Notes: a model not told the origin generated them from the letters alone. Counted from the first letter of the stretch, positions 22,065-33,631 are shown. The stretch is 64,000 nucleotides of DNA from Williopsis jadinii (GCA_024346625.1 AP024664.1:4154001-4218000); one strand, 5' to 3'. Numbers and translations are program-made.

Positions 22065-22613
22065 CTACCAGTACTGTTGTCCTTGAATAGACGCCTGCTG
22101 CTGCTGCTGTCCTGGAATTTGTCCTTGTAGCTGCCCGCCCATTTGGCCTTGCAATTGATTTTGCATCTGAGCTTGCATTTGTCCTTGTAACTGTCTTCCT
22201 TGGCCATGTGGTTGTCCTTGCAGCATTTGTCCCTGGTTTTCCCCAGCAGAACGCATCTGTTCTTGCCTCAATTGCAAAGCTCGTCTTTGCAATATCGTCA
22301 TACCTTCTGGAAACAGCTTTTGTAATTGGGCATAGAACTCGTTCAATTCCAGCACATCAGCCGGTGCCGTCAATATCTGCGGGAACACAACCTTCGTAAG
22401 GTTCTGTTGGTTATGCTTCTCACTAAGCTCGCCAATACAAGTTAAATTGGCGTGTAATCTCTTCAGCAAATCCTGCAATATCAGCTGTAGTTTTGGATTC
22501 ATCGCGCTTCCCTGTTGTTGTTGTTGCTGTTGTATCATCAAACATCTCTGTATAATCAGCGTGTTGATGTTTAAAAGAAGCGTGATACGTTGCTTATCTA
22601 ACTGTGTATTCAT
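22065..22613 (-). CDS. SNF11: SWI/SNF subunit Snf11-like, Q-rich
   Basis: ITLLLNINTLII.R...LKRLHANLTCI matches the Snf11 core. Lies near IPT1, as in S. cerevisiae. Confidence 0.8.
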   Translation of the reverse strand: MNTQLDKQRITLLLNINTLIIQRCLMIQQQQQQQGSAMNPKLQLILQDLLKRLHANLTCIGELSEKHNQQNLTKVVFPQILTAPADVLELNEFYAQLQKLFPEGMTILQRRALQLRQEQMRSAGENQGQMLQGQPHGQGRQLQGQMQAQMQNQLQGQMGGQLQGQIPGQQQQQASIQGQQYW

Positions 22614-22983
22614 CCTTTGTCCTGTGTGTGCCTACTTATTGTCCAAAAATGTCTTGAAGGTCTTGATGTCTGTGTTTATGTTTATGTTTACGCCATTCAC
22701 AAAAGTGAAATGCCGATGTGTTTTGTTTAGTGTTTTTTTTGCCCTTGTTGTTTTTTGGTCTCCTCGCGCCAAAGTCCCAGAATTGTTGTCTCCCCGTCTC
22801 ATGGACTGTCTCGCGGACAATTTACCGAACAAGAAAATGAAAAAAAAATGTCTGTACCGTGAAAAAAAAAGACAAAGGAAAACAAAGATATAGGCGATAG
22901 GACTTTTCGGGACACAAAAGACTAGACGTTACACTTTCACGCTCTTCAGTCCATCCTTAGATCCCATTAGACCCCATTAGATC

Positions 22984-24405
22984 ATGGCAGAAGAGGCTAA
23001 ATTGAAAGGTAACAAAGCCTTGCAGGCTAATCAGTTCCTTGAAGCAGTGGATCACTATACTGAGGCCATTAGACTCAATGATTCGAACGCTATATACTAC
23101 GCCAACAGAGCACAAGCTGAGATCAAGCTGGAACAGTATGGTGCTGCCATCGCTGATTGTGACAAGTCTCTGGAAGTTGATCCAACTTATTTCAAGGCTC
23201 TTTATAGAAGAGGTGTTGCAAAGAGCATGCTGCTAAGGTATAAAGAAGCATATGATGACTTTGCGGGTGTGTTGAAGTTGAAACCTTCTGATGCCAACAC
23301 TAAAAGACTCCAGAATGAAATGAGTAAGCACATGAGACGTATTGCATTTGAAAAGGCTATCCAGAGTGAAGATGAGGACGTTTTCGATTTCGACCTTGAA
23401 CATATCCCTCTTGAACAGACCTATGAAGGCCCAAAGCTTGACATCACATTTGATAAAGAGACACGTGACGTTACGCTGGGGGGACTCACCGACTCCTGGA
23501 TGCAAGAACTCATCAAATTCTACAAGGATGGCGGCAAACTACCTAGAAAGTACCTATACGCATTACTGATGAAAGCCCACCAAGTATTAAAGCAAGAACC
23601 TGCCTATAAGGAGATTAAAACCTCCGAGATTGGAGACTTTACAGTTGTCGGTGATGTCCATGGCCAGTACTATGACTTGATCAACATGTTTACCAAGAAC
23701 GGGTTCGTTCATGAAAAGCACGGCTATCTCTTCAACGGAGACCTTGTGGACCGTGGTTCATGGTCCGTTGAGGTGATTGTCACTCTCTTGTTCTACAAAA
23801 TTCTATACCCTGATCATCTGCACATAAACAGGGGAAACCACGAGACAGATGGCATGAACAAGATGTTTGGATTTGCAGATGAAGTCAAGCATAAACATGG
23901 AGCTAAGCCTTTGGCCATGTTCCAGGAAATCTTCACAGAGATGCCTCTGTTAACACTTATAAACGATGACTACCTCGTAATGCATGGAGGTCTCATTTCC
24001 AACCCAACTATGACATTGGCAGAGCTTAAGGACAAGGTCACCAAGCTATCCAATCCTCGTGAAGGTGTTGAAATGGAGCTCCTGTGGTCTGACCCACAGG
24101 AGGAGGAGGGCTTCGGGACCTCCAAGAGAGGAATTGCATTCCAATTCGGGCCGGACATCACCCGTCAATTCTGTGATACCAACAACTTGAAGGCCATCAT
24201 CCGCTCGCACGAGGTCCGTATGGGCGGATATAGCGAAGAGCATGATGGTAAGTGCATAACAGTGTTCAGTGCTCCGAACTACTGTGATTCGACGGGGAAC
24301 ATCGGTGCGGTTATCAACTTCAAGGATGAATTGGAGTACTTCACATTCGAAGCTGTCGAGCACCCAGCCGTTCCACCAATGGCTTACACATCGCAAAGAT
24401 TCTGA
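22984..24405 (+). CDS. PPT1: Ser/Thr protein phosphatase 5 (TPR + PPP domain)
   Basis: N-terminal TPRs; GDVHGQ, GDLVDRG, RGNHE, SAPNYC motifs. Confidence 0.97.
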   Translation: MAEEAKLKGNKALQANQFLEAVDHYTEAIRLNDSNAIYYANRAQAEIKLEQYGAAIADCDKSLEVDPTYFKALYRRGVAKSMLLRYKEAYDDFAGVLKLKPSDANTKRLQNEMSKHMRRIAFEKAIQSEDEDVFDFDLEHIPLEQTYEGPKLDITFDKETRDVTLGGLTDSWMQELIKFYKDGGKLPRKYLYALLMKAHQVLKQEPAYKEIKTSEIGDFTVVGDVHGQYYDLINMFTKNGFVHEKHGYLFNGDLVDRGSWSVEVIVTLLFYKILYPDHLHINRGNHETDGMNKMFGFADEVKHKHGAKPLAMFQEIFTEMPLLTLINDDYLVMHGGLISNPTMTLAELKDKVTKLSNPREGVEMELLWSDPQEEEGFGTSKRGIAFQFGPDITRQFCDTNNLKAIIRSHEVRMGGYSEEHDGKCITVFSAPNYCDSTGNIGAVINFKDELEYFTFEAVEHPAVPPMAYTSQRF

Positions 24406-25340
24406 GGGAAGAACACAAATAGAACATCGAGAAGGCGATGAAGTCGGTGATGGGCTACCCATTATGTATTGTATTGTATTCATTGTACACGGTAGTTACC
24501 TATAAAGGAAGCACTACCATTAGATAGCTAAGACTCATTGTGCTTTTGAATCGATAAGACAAATCATTTTGTGTCAAGACAATGTATTTAGGCTGTAGGC
24601 TAAGAGGACAAACTCAAATGCGTCATTATACATTTGGACATGTGAACACACAAAACCTCCACTTGTCGAGCTGCTTGAATGTAAAGTCAAAAGTCCAGGA
24701 GGCACAAACCACTAACCTTTTTTTATGGAGTCCGTGGCGGTGATTTTGTCCCATGTATTAACGTTGTCACGCATGAAGTAAACTACGAGACGTTTGGGAG
24801 CCCAAAGAGGTAGTCAACATTGCACTGCTCCACTTTGTTGTGTGGGAGCGGTGTCCGTAGCTCCCAACCCCAACATCAACCCCCACCCACTTCACAGCCA
24901 TGTCTCACGCCCGCTACGGTAATAGACATGTGTGTGTGTTTTTGTTAGTGTTTTCCACGGTTTACCCGCTTATCTTTGCGTGCGCGTAATGGTTGCTGTT
25001 CCCCACAAAGTCTCTTCCAGCTCGATTTATCCGGGAATGCCTTCAAAACATCCATCATGATTGAAGATCCAGCCTACAGAAACGAGACTTGAGATTTGCG
25101 CATGCCTGGTCATGAAGTTTAGGAGTCAAGCTCAATACACTTGTTGGGAACCACGACGAGGACGTTCTCTACGGTTACCGTCGCTGAACAATCCCCACAA
25201 AAGATCACCACCGCGTTCTGTTTCAGATGAGGAGACTTGAGCCATCTCAAAACTATTTAAACTGTGCTCAAGCTCCTTCTCTCTCAGCACATCTCGTTGT
25301 GATACTGCACCATCAACAAACAGACAAATCACAGAACAAC

Positions 25341-27260
25341 ATGTCAGTCTTCCCAGGAATTGACGAGATCGCACCAGCTTATATGGATGAGGCTTTCGAT
25401 AAGAACATCCCACAAGAGCGTATTTACGGACAATCTGAACCGGACCCGGAAAATATCAAGCACCACGACGTAAATGCACTAGCCACTGGTTGGCTAGCAG
25501 AGTTCAACAATGCGCTTGCAGACGTCAAGGCAGACCCAGCAGGCCTGGACAAATTCCTGCTGCCTCACACGATTTGGAAAGACCATCTGTCGCTGCAACT
25601 GGATCTGAGGGACTTCATCGGTCCTGATAAGATCAAGGACCAACTGGTGAAGTCGGTGGACAAAATAGGTCACTTTGAGCTGGACAAACAGGCTGATTAT
25701 CGGTATCCAACCGGTGTTGCGCTACAGACTATTCACCCGGAGGGCCCACACGGTGAAGCCCCAATTGAATGGATCTTCTTGTACTTGAAGTACGCTACTG
25801 ATTACGGCATTGGCCGTGGCTCCATCAAGCTGATCAGCGTGAAGGATGAAGCAGCGCCAATTGGTCTCAAGGCCTTGTCCATCTACACTGTTTTGGACGA
25901 GTTCACCAAGGTTCCAGAACGTGCCGGTAAAAAGAGACCTCTGGGAGCCAACCATGGCGAGAACGTTGCCAGAAAGACCTGGTTGGAGAAGAGACAAGAA
26001 GAACAGGACTACAAAGGTGAGCATCAGCCTCTTTGTGTGATTGTTGGTGGAGGCCAGGGTGGTTTGACCATTGCGGCCAGAATGAAGGCTTTCGGCTACA
26101 ACACACTTGTCGTCGAGTCCAACAACCGTATTGGTGACAACTGGAGAAAGAGATATAAATTCTTGTCCCTGCATGACCCATTCTACTACCATAAGCTTCC
26201 ATACATCCACTCTGATATGTCCCCGATGTACTCTTCCAAGGACCAGTTTGCTGAATTCCTAGAATGCTACGCAAAGATGCTGGAATTGAACGTCTGGACA
26301 AACACTACTGTCACAGGTGCTGAGTTTGACGAGTCCAAGGGTGAATGGGAAGTCACTGTGAAGAACAACTCAACCAGTGATGTCAAGAAACTGCACCCTA
26401 AGCACGTTGTGTTCTGTACTGGCCATTCTGGTGAGCCTAACGTTCCAAAGTTCCCTGATGAGGACAAGTTCCAAGGTGAAATAGTCCACTCTTCAAAGCA
26501 CACCTCTGGTGCTAATTATGAAGGTAAAAGGGCATTGGTCATTGGTGCCTGTAACTCTGCACACGACATTGCACAAGACTTCTACGAGCAAGGTATTAAG
26601 GAGGTTACAATGTTGCAGCGTTCTTCTACATGTGTGATTTCTTCCCATTTCGGTGTCAAGATCAACTGTCGTGATGTGTTTGATGAGAACGGACCTGATA
26701 TTGACACTGCTGATCTGTTGCTTCATAACAACCCGATCTACTTGACGAACTTGCTGATGCAACAGCAATACCGTGAGTCTTCAAAGGCAGATGCCTCAAT
26801 GTTGGAAGGCTTGAAGAAAGCTGGATTCCAAACAAACGCAGGAATGGGTGGAACTGGTCTGTTTGGCCTCTATTACCGTCGTGGATCTGGTTATTACATC
26901 GATGTTGGCTGCTCCAAGTTGATCATCGATGGTAAGGTCAAGGTGAAGCACAGCACCGTGAAAAGATTCACAGAGACCGGCGTCGAGTTGAATGACGGTT
27001 CTGTCATTGACAACTTGGACATTGTCGTTAAAGCCACGGGCTATTCCAACATGAAGGACACTGCACGTGATGTGTTTGGTCATAAAGTGTCTGATAAGCT
27101 GAACCCGGTGTGGAACCTGGATGAAGAAGGTGAATTCCGTTCTATTTGGAGACCTTCTGGACATCCAAACTTCTGGTTCATGGGTGGTAACCTGGCAATG
27201 GCAAGATATTACTCCAAGAGATTGGCATTGCAAATCATCGGCCAAGAAGAAGGCTTCTGA
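25341..27260 (+). CDS. Flavin-containing monooxygenase (type II FMO / YUCCA-like, with N-terminal extension)
   Basis: GGGQGG FAD motif, GDNWRKRY, FQGEIVHSSKH fingerprint, GACNSAHD, ATGY. Start taken at AACAAC-ATG 25341. Confidence 0.9.
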   Translation: MSVFPGIDEIAPAYMDEAFDKNIPQERIYGQSEPDPENIKHHDVNALATGWLAEFNNALADVKADPAGLDKFLLPHTIWKDHLSLQLDLRDFIGPDKIKDQLVKSVDKIGHFELDKQADYRYPTGVALQTIHPEGPHGEAPIEWIFLYLKYATDYGIGRGSIKLISVKDEAAPIGLKALSIYTVLDEFTKVPERAGKKRPLGANHGENVARKTWLEKRQEEQDYKGEHQPLCVIVGGGQGGLTIAARMKAFGYNTLVVESNNRIGDNWRKRYKFLSLHDPFYYHKLPYIHSDMSPMYSSKDQFAEFLECYAKMLELNVWTNTTVTGAEFDESKGEWEVTVKNNSTSDVKKLHPKHVVFCTGHSGEPNVPKFPDEDKFQGEIVHSSKHTSGANYEGKRALVIGACNSAHDIAQDFYEQGIKEVTMLQRSSTCVISSHFGVKINCRDVFDENGPDIDTADLLLHNNPIYLTNLLMQQQYRESSKADASMLEGLKKAGFQTNAGMGGTGLFGLYYRRGSGYYIDVGCSKLIIDGKVKVKHSTVKRFTETGVELNDGSVIDNLDIVVKATGYSNMKDTARDVFGHKVSDKLNPVWNLDEEGEFRSIWRPSGHPNFWFMGGNLAMARYYSKRLALQIIGQEEGF

Positions 27261-27381
27261 AGCATGCTATATGTTGGCTTCTTACCCTATTTATTCACTT
27301 ATTTATTCAGCTTGAGTTGGTTTGATATCGAAATTTACATCTGTTTTTGTCTTTTATTACACCGTATCATTGAATTATAGA

Positions 27382-28287
27382 TCAGTCAAAAGAGTAGTTC
27401 TTTTCAATGTCTTCAATGACCTTGATATGCTTTGGCTCCCATCCCAGTCTCTTCTTCGTGAGCTCGTTATGAGCAGGAGCATTCAGGCCAAAGATGAATC
27501 CCATTGGACTGATCTCAAGAGCAGCCTCTAGTGAAACACTTCGAGTAGGCAAGTCCAGCTTCGCAGCAACGGTCTCTGCGATGGCCTTGAACTTGATCAC
27601 CTCGCCAATAGCGTTGAATCTCTGGCCAGCCTTGCCCTTCTCCAAGGCCAAACGGTACAACGGAGCAGCATCAAGACGGTGCACTGCAGTCCACAAGTTT
27701 TCACCTTGATCTATATAGTTGACGCTTCCCAGTTGCTTCGACATGCCAGCAATCATTGGCACAAAGGCATGCGTATCACCGACATCATGAACAATTGGAG
27801 CCAATATAACGGTCATAACCTTAACACCCTTCTTCGTGTACTTCATTGCTTCAACCTCGTTACGAGTACGCAATCCGAATGGGGTATCGTGGACAACAAT
27901 TGGAGAGTCCTCATCAGGCCATTCAGAGCCGAGAGCAGTCGCACCTGTCAGCCCACCAGAGGTACTGATGAATGGCTTCCCACTTCCCTCCAATGCCTGT
28001 ACCATGGCCATTGTTGCGGCAAGGTCATCTTCAATTGACTGGAAGAACTTCTCCATGGTGGATTCGAATGCCAAATGAACAACACCGTCGCTTTCTCTGG
28101 CGTACTTGGCCAGCACGTCCAGGTCCTGGAGGTCGCCCTCGGCGACCTCCCCGACACCGAGCGCTTCCAACTTCTTCTTCGAGCTCTCTGAGCGAGCCAA
28201 TGCGACAACCTCGTGGCCATTGGAGATCAAATCCTTCACCACTATGGTTCCGATGAAGCCACTTCCACCTGTTACGAAGACCTTCAT
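27382..28287 (-). CDS. NAD-dependent epimerase/dehydratase (atypical SDR, YLL056C-like)
   Basis: MKVFVTGGSGFIG, VVHLAF, AVHRLDAAPLYRLALEKG, LGWEP. Confidence 0.9.
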   Translation of the reverse strand: MKVFVTGGSGFIGTIVVKDLISNGHEVVALARSESSKKKLEALGVGEVAEGDLQDLDVLAKYARESDGVVHLAFESTMEKFFQSIEDDLAATMAMVQALEGSGKPFISTSGGLTGATALGSEWPDEDSPIVVHDTPFGLRTRNEVEAMKYTKKGVKVMTVILAPIVHDVGDTHAFVPMIAGMSKQLGSVNYIDQGENLWTAVHRLDAAPLYRLALEKGKAGQRFNAIGEVIKFKAIAETVAAKLDLPTRSVSLEAALEISPMGFIFGLNAPAHNELTKKRLGWEPKHIKVIEDIEKNYSFD

Positions 28288-28837
28288 GTTTTTGTTCTTA
28301 TTGTTTCTTTCTGCGCTGAGCCACGGAATGCTGAGTTCACTGACGATGTCCCTATACAGACAAGAGGCTCATATACGCAGAGAGTAACCACAATGGACTA
28401 TTTATACAATATCTCACGGACTTGGAGCCCTGGCAACAACGTGATACATAGCACGGTCTGAACATCCCAAAGCGTGCTCGAACACGGCTTCTTTCTCCGT
28501 CCTTAAGCGTCAAATCTCACGAGCCCCATACTTAGATCGGCTGAGTGAAGGCTCAGCACCAGAGAACAGCCAAATATCAACAGGTTAAAGCCCTTTGAGC
28601 TGTAACGTTTCCATCATTTGATTTCTAATTCGGCTCGGAGATTGGGGGACTTAGCGCGGATAAGCGAAGCGCGGCCGCGTTTCGGCCTTCGATTCCGGAT
28701 CCGGTCATTTCCTGTTTGGGACATATTCGTCGCCTTTTTCGCTCACTCCGGCTTCTGGAGCCATAAACATCAACATTGATAAACAATCGATTGCACACCA
28801 GCGCCATCATCAAGGCTGTGGAACAAGAGCCGTGAGA

Positions 28838-31372
28838 ATGACGTCCAAGAGCGTGACATACTGCACCTCACGCGGGATCGACGTTCCTCTGAGGGTAAGG
28901 ATCAACTCGCTGGAGGGAACCCGTCCTCTGTTGAAGGAATCAACGAGGTACACCGACCCTTCAAAGGTGAGGAAGCTGTCGAACTTCTCGCAGACTTCTG
29001 GGCTGTTCTGCTCTGTTGTTGTTACCCTGGAGGGCAAGCCGCTGACGATACCCGTGACCACGTCGTACGCTGCGTTCAGAGCGTCAAGAAGGTGGAATGA
29101 GTGGCTGACCCTGCCCATCAATGTCAGCCAGTTGCCCTTCAATTCGAAGCTGACGATTTCGATATGGGAGTTCGATGGTGATAAGAGGAGCGACTTTGGC
29201 GAGACTGACATGTACATCTTCCACGTCGATGACGATTGTACGTTGAAAAGGGGACGACAGAAGCTGACGGTGCGCTGTCAGGACCCTTCACTGAACCACG
29301 GCCATTTCAAAGATGGCCAAATGGCAGAACTGGAGTTGGCGATCAAGAAACATGAAAATGGAGACATGGTTGCCGTTGAGTGGCTGGACAACTTGACTTT
29401 CCGGACTATTGAGCAGATAAACAAGTCCCAGAGTGCACAGCCTGGCTTCACTCTGTTCATCGATATGGTGCAATTCGACGTGCCAGTGGTGTTTTCAGAC
29501 CACAAGTATCCGCCTCCAATGATACCTACGTACCAACCATCAGATCAACAACTTCAGCAGATGCAAAACGAGCAGCAGGGAACATTGTCGAAGATTTCCA
29601 CGGGGAAGTTCACTACGATGAAGGTTTATGATCCAGAACAATACAGAACTGATCCTATTGAACAGAAGTACCGGAAACTCGAGAGATCCCATAAAGATGG
29701 TCCATTCGATAGGGAAATCAAGCCAACACCGAAGATTAGAGATGAGTTGAATAAGATCTTGAACTACTCCTCGGTTCAGGAGCTTACTCAATATGAAAAG
29801 AACCTCGTTTGGAAGTTCAGATACTTCCTCTTGAACAACAAGAAGGGATTAAACAAGTTGATCAAATCCGTGAACTTCTCTGATGAGAATGAGTTGAACG
29901 AGGCTTTAAACCTGTTGCCCAAATGGGTCGAGATTGATATTGAAGATTCCATTGAGCTTCTTGGTCCTAATTTCAAAAACTCTACGGTGAGAACCTACGC
30001 AGTGGAAAGGCTGAAAAAGGCTCATGATGACGAGCTGGAGCTTTATCTGTTGCAGCTCGTACAGGCTCTCAGATATGAAACACTAACAAACTCCTCAAGT
30101 GACTTCTCAATCGTCGGGTTGAACGAGTCCATGTTGGGAGGTGCTTCATCTTCGGGCTCAGTATTGGACGATTCACAATCGCTTACACCTCTTTCCCAGT
30201 TCTTAGTGGAACGTGCTCTGTTAAATGAAAGACTGGGATCTTTCCTATACTGGTACTTGAATACAGAGGCACGGGATAATAATCCAGGATCGATATATAG
30301 AAAGCTACTGGACTATTTCCTCAAGTGTGTCAAGAATCAAGGGTTACAACGAGAGATTGAGCTTGTTGATCATTTGGTAAAACTCTGCACTAAAATTAAG
30401 GCTTCAAGGGAAACCACACCAAAGAAGATCGAGATGCTACAGTCTATCCTGGAGACGAAATTCAAGACCTTTTCACCAACGAGACTGCCGTTGGATCCAT
30501 CTGTGGAGATATGTGGTACTGTGCCTGAAGAAAGCTTTGTCTTCAAGAGCTCTCTATCACCGTTGAAAGTAACGTTCACCACAACAGATGGTGGTAAATA
30601 CCCGTTGATGTTCAAAGTGGGTGACGATTTGAGACAGGATCAACTTGTTATCCAAATAATCTTGTTGATGAACAAATTGCTGCTTAACGAAAACGTTGAT
30701 TTGAAACTCTCGCCTTATAAGATCCTGGCCACCGGCCCAACTGAAGGTGCGATTCAATTCATTCCAAACAGCACGTTGGCAAGCGTTCTTGCAGACTACC
30801 ATGGTATTCTACCTTACCTCAAGCACCACAACCCTGATTCTTCAAACGAGCTGGGCGTTGTGCCCTCTGTCATTGACACGTTTGTCAAATCATGCGCTGG
30901 CTATTGTGTGATAACGTATATTCTCGGTGTTGGTGATCGCCACTTGGATAATCTGCTGATCTGCCCTGACGGCCATTTCTTCCACGCTGACTTTGGTTAC
31001 ATCTTAGGACAGGACCCTAAGCCGTTCCCACCTCTGATGAAGCTGCCACCTCAAATCATAGATGCATTTGGTGGTGCAGACTCGCCAAACTACGACAAGT
31101 TCAGGGACTACTGCTTCGTCGCTTACACGATTCTGAGAAAGAACTCCAACTTGATTCTGAACTTATTCGAGTTGATGCGTGACTCCAGCATCCCAGATAT
31201 CAAAATGGAGCCTGACCGTGCTGTCTACAAAGTGAAAGAGAAATTCTGCCTGGACATGAGCGAGGAGGAGGCCATCATACACTTCCAGAACTTGATCAAC
31301 GATAGTGTCTCGGCATTGCTTCCAATGGTCATCGATAGACTTCACTCTTTGGCACAGTACTGGAGGGCATGA
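28838..31372 (+). CDS. VPS34: Class III phosphatidylinositol 3-kinase
   Basis: C2, helical and kinase domains: FKVGDDLRQDQ, GVGDRHLDN, HADFG, LAQYWRA end. Confidence 0.98.
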   Translation: MTSKSVTYCTSRGIDVPLRVRINSLEGTRPLLKESTRYTDPSKVRKLSNFSQTSGLFCSVVVTLEGKPLTIPVTTSYAAFRASRRWNEWLTLPINVSQLPFNSKLTISIWEFDGDKRSDFGETDMYIFHVDDDCTLKRGRQKLTVRCQDPSLNHGHFKDGQMAELELAIKKHENGDMVAVEWLDNLTFRTIEQINKSQSAQPGFTLFIDMVQFDVPVVFSDHKYPPPMIPTYQPSDQQLQQMQNEQQGTLSKISTGKFTTMKVYDPEQYRTDPIEQKYRKLERSHKDGPFDREIKPTPKIRDELNKILNYSSVQELTQYEKNLVWKFRYFLLNNKKGLNKLIKSVNFSDENELNEALNLLPKWVEIDIEDSIELLGPNFKNSTVRTYAVERLKKAHDDELELYLLQLVQALRYETLTNSSSDFSIVGLNESMLGGASSSGSVLDDSQSLTPLSQFLVERALLNERLGSFLYWYLNTEARDNNPGSIYRKLLDYFLKCVKNQGLQREIELVDHLVKLCTKIKASRETTPKKIEMLQSILETKFKTFSPTRLPLDPSVEICGTVPEESFVFKSSLSPLKVTFTTTDGGKYPLMFKVGDDLRQDQLVIQIILLMNKLLLNENVDLKLSPYKILATGPTEGAIQFIPNSTLASVLADYHGILPYLKHHNPDSSNELGVVPSVIDTFVKSCAGYCVITYILGVGDRHLDNLLICPDGHFFHADFGYILGQDPKPFPPLMKLPPQIIDAFGGADSPNYDKFRDYCFVAYTILRKNSNLILNLFELMRDSSIPDIKMEPDRAVYKVKEKFCLDMSEEEAIIHFQNLINDSVSALLPMVIDRLHSLAQYWRA

Positions 31373-32026
31373 AAGACCTCTCGCTGCATCAACTCTATTC
31401 CACGCTACCGTTGAAATGCACCTCTGACGGGCCTCCTGGCCTAATCTAGCTCGCTGCTTTTGCCTGGCCGTTTAAGTTAGCTGAGCTTATACCTGATGTG
31501 CTCCTCCATTGCAGTGGAAGGTGCTGATTCTACACCAAACTCGCCCACGCAAGCTTCTGGTGCTTGCTTCACTTGCATATGGCACAAAACTTCTGGACGA
31601 GAAAACATGCGCTTTAACGGCATGATTATAACACCTTTGAGGGTCTAAATGGACTCGTTGTGACTGTTGAGATGTGCACTTTATGAATATCGCATGTTCC
31701 TGGAGGATTCCCCATGTTTTGGTGCTGAAATCAAGCTGAAATTGATGGAATTGATGAAAGTGATAGACTTTTTGCCCCTTGCAGGAGGCCACAGAGACGA
31801 TGCTGCCTGCAGTTTTGTCCATCAACACTAAAATACGCGGGAAACAGGCCCAGTTGGCTATAAAAATGGGCTTGGATTCCCAAATATCGCAGCTACTTCG
31901 TCCCCCCTACTCTTTACCCCAAGAGCAGCTCTCCTTGGTAACTTTGCATAACTATCAGCTTGTATCAAACATCTGGTTCTTGCAGAGGGGGGCTTCAGCT
32001 ATCGTTCACGTGCTTGGCTTGCTACA

Positions 32027-33631
32027 ATGATTGCTTCTAAGATTTATCTTCCAGATGGCAAAGTTGTGGTGGTGAAGTTCACCTGTCTCAACTGCTTGCA
32101 CGGCCACCGTGGGTCCTGTTGCAGTCATCATGAAAAGTTCTTGCAAACCACAGCTACTGATAACCCAGACGACATGTTCTTTCTTGTTAGACCCCAGGGC
32201 CAGAAGAAGAACAGGTGTCTCGCGTATCTTGTGTTACAAGTTGTTCCATTGCTTGGTCCTTTCCAAATCGATGCGAAGAACACTCCAAGGTGTCCAATAA
32301 CCAGTGAATTCAAATTTAGATGCAAGGCTGATTGCTGTAAGAAGCTGGGTTCCAAGGACTTATATGTCCAGGGCTTTGTTGATCTCCTAATTCGCCATAC
32401 GGAGTTCAACATGGCCTATGTCTCAGGCTTTGACCCAATCCCTTTGACCGGCTCTGTTGAAGCCAGGGCTGCTTTCAGGGCTTCTCATATGAGGTATTTC
32501 CCTCATATCTACGAGGGATGGACCTTTGAAGATATGCACAAGAGAGACAACGCAAGAGCTGGCTCTGAATTTATCACCAAGGCCATCTGCGAGCAATGGG
32601 GGTTTGATGCAGTTGCTGCAACGAGAAAACAGAAGGGTAAAACTGTCACCTCGTTCTCTAAGGCCATCAAGGGTAGAACTCATATTGGGTCTTACTCTGT
32701 TGTTAAGGATGGCTATACCAAAGGCTCATACTTGTCTGAGCAAAGCCATATCGGCAAACGCATGAGGCTGGAGAATGTTAAACTTCCCCCTAGACCCGTG
32801 AGAACCAGTGATCTACTTGCTCATGATTGTGGTGTTGTAACTGCAAAGGATCAGCAGTCAAGCAGTCCAGGTATCATATCGTATGAACCACAAGCTCCTG
32901 GTGAAGCCAATGAAGATCAAGTGGAAAATACACCAATTCTACCGCAGGTTATCAACTCAAATGAAGCTTTCATATCACAGGATACATATACAATGGAGCT
33001 GGTTGGGCAGGCTGGTATGGGCATTGGTTCGTTTCTTCATGATCCAATATTTGATCATCAAACTGTCCATCCAGAATCCCATACCTTTAATGATTCTAAG
33101 AATCAGCTCGACTTGGGTTCTTTAGATCAATTTGCGTACTGTGTACAAGGTCAGTACGTGTGTGATCTTGAAGATAGTGAAGATGTTCTTCAAAATGGAC
33201 AACCTTCAGAGCCTGGGCAACCTGTTTATGATGTGATGGAGATGATGGATTCCTTCCAAAATCCAAATAATGGCATGAGCTCCAACCCTCAAATTCCATG
33301 TGAGTCATTGGGTGAAGTTGGAGCACCGCTTCTGGCCACTGATGAAGAGGCTGATGATGGCGAGAAAGATATACCGATTCCAGATGCTCTTACTCGGATG
33401 TTTAAAATCCAGTCAATCCATGACCTTGACCGTTTGTTTGGAAATGACCTGGAAAACGAGGATTTTGCACAGGAGGAGTTCAATTCTTGGTTACAAAGTA
33501 GGGAATCTGAAAGCGGGCAATCCAATGGTGGTTTGAGTTATGATTCCACAACCCTGGACAGTGGTGATGCCGGTAATGACGCTTCTCATGAAGGTGACTT
33601 CATCAGGGATACTGTCAACGACGATATGTGA
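32027..33631 (+). CDS. Divergent copper-fist (Ace1/Mac1/Haa1-type Zn module) protein with acidic C-terminal half
   Basis: 534-aa ORF. KFTCLNCLHGHRGSCCSH fits C-x2-C-x8-C-x-H with the GHR core. D/E-rich tail. Confidence 0.7.
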   Translation: MIASKIYLPDGKVVVVKFTCLNCLHGHRGSCCSHHEKFLQTTATDNPDDMFFLVRPQGQKKNRCLAYLVLQVVPLLGPFQIDAKNTPRCPITSEFKFRCKADCCKKLGSKDLYVQGFVDLLIRHTEFNMAYVSGFDPIPLTGSVEARAAFRASHMRYFPHIYEGWTFEDMHKRDNARAGSEFITKAICEQWGFDAVAATRKQKGKTVTSFSKAIKGRTHIGSYSVVKDGYTKGSYLSEQSHIGKRMRLENVKLPPRPVRTSDLLAHDCGVVTAKDQQSSSPGIISYEPQAPGEANEDQVENTPILPQVINSNEAFISQDTYTMELVGQAGMGIGSFLHDPIFDHQTVHPESHTFNDSKNQLDLGSLDQFAYCVQGQYVCDLEDSEDVLQNGQPSEPGQPVYDVMEMMDSFQNPNNGMSSNPQIPCESLGEVGAPLLATDEEADDGEKDIPIPDALTRMFKIQSIHDLDRLFGNDLENEDFAQEEFNSWLQSRESESGQSNGGLSYDSTTLDSGDAGNDASHEGDFIRDTVNDDM

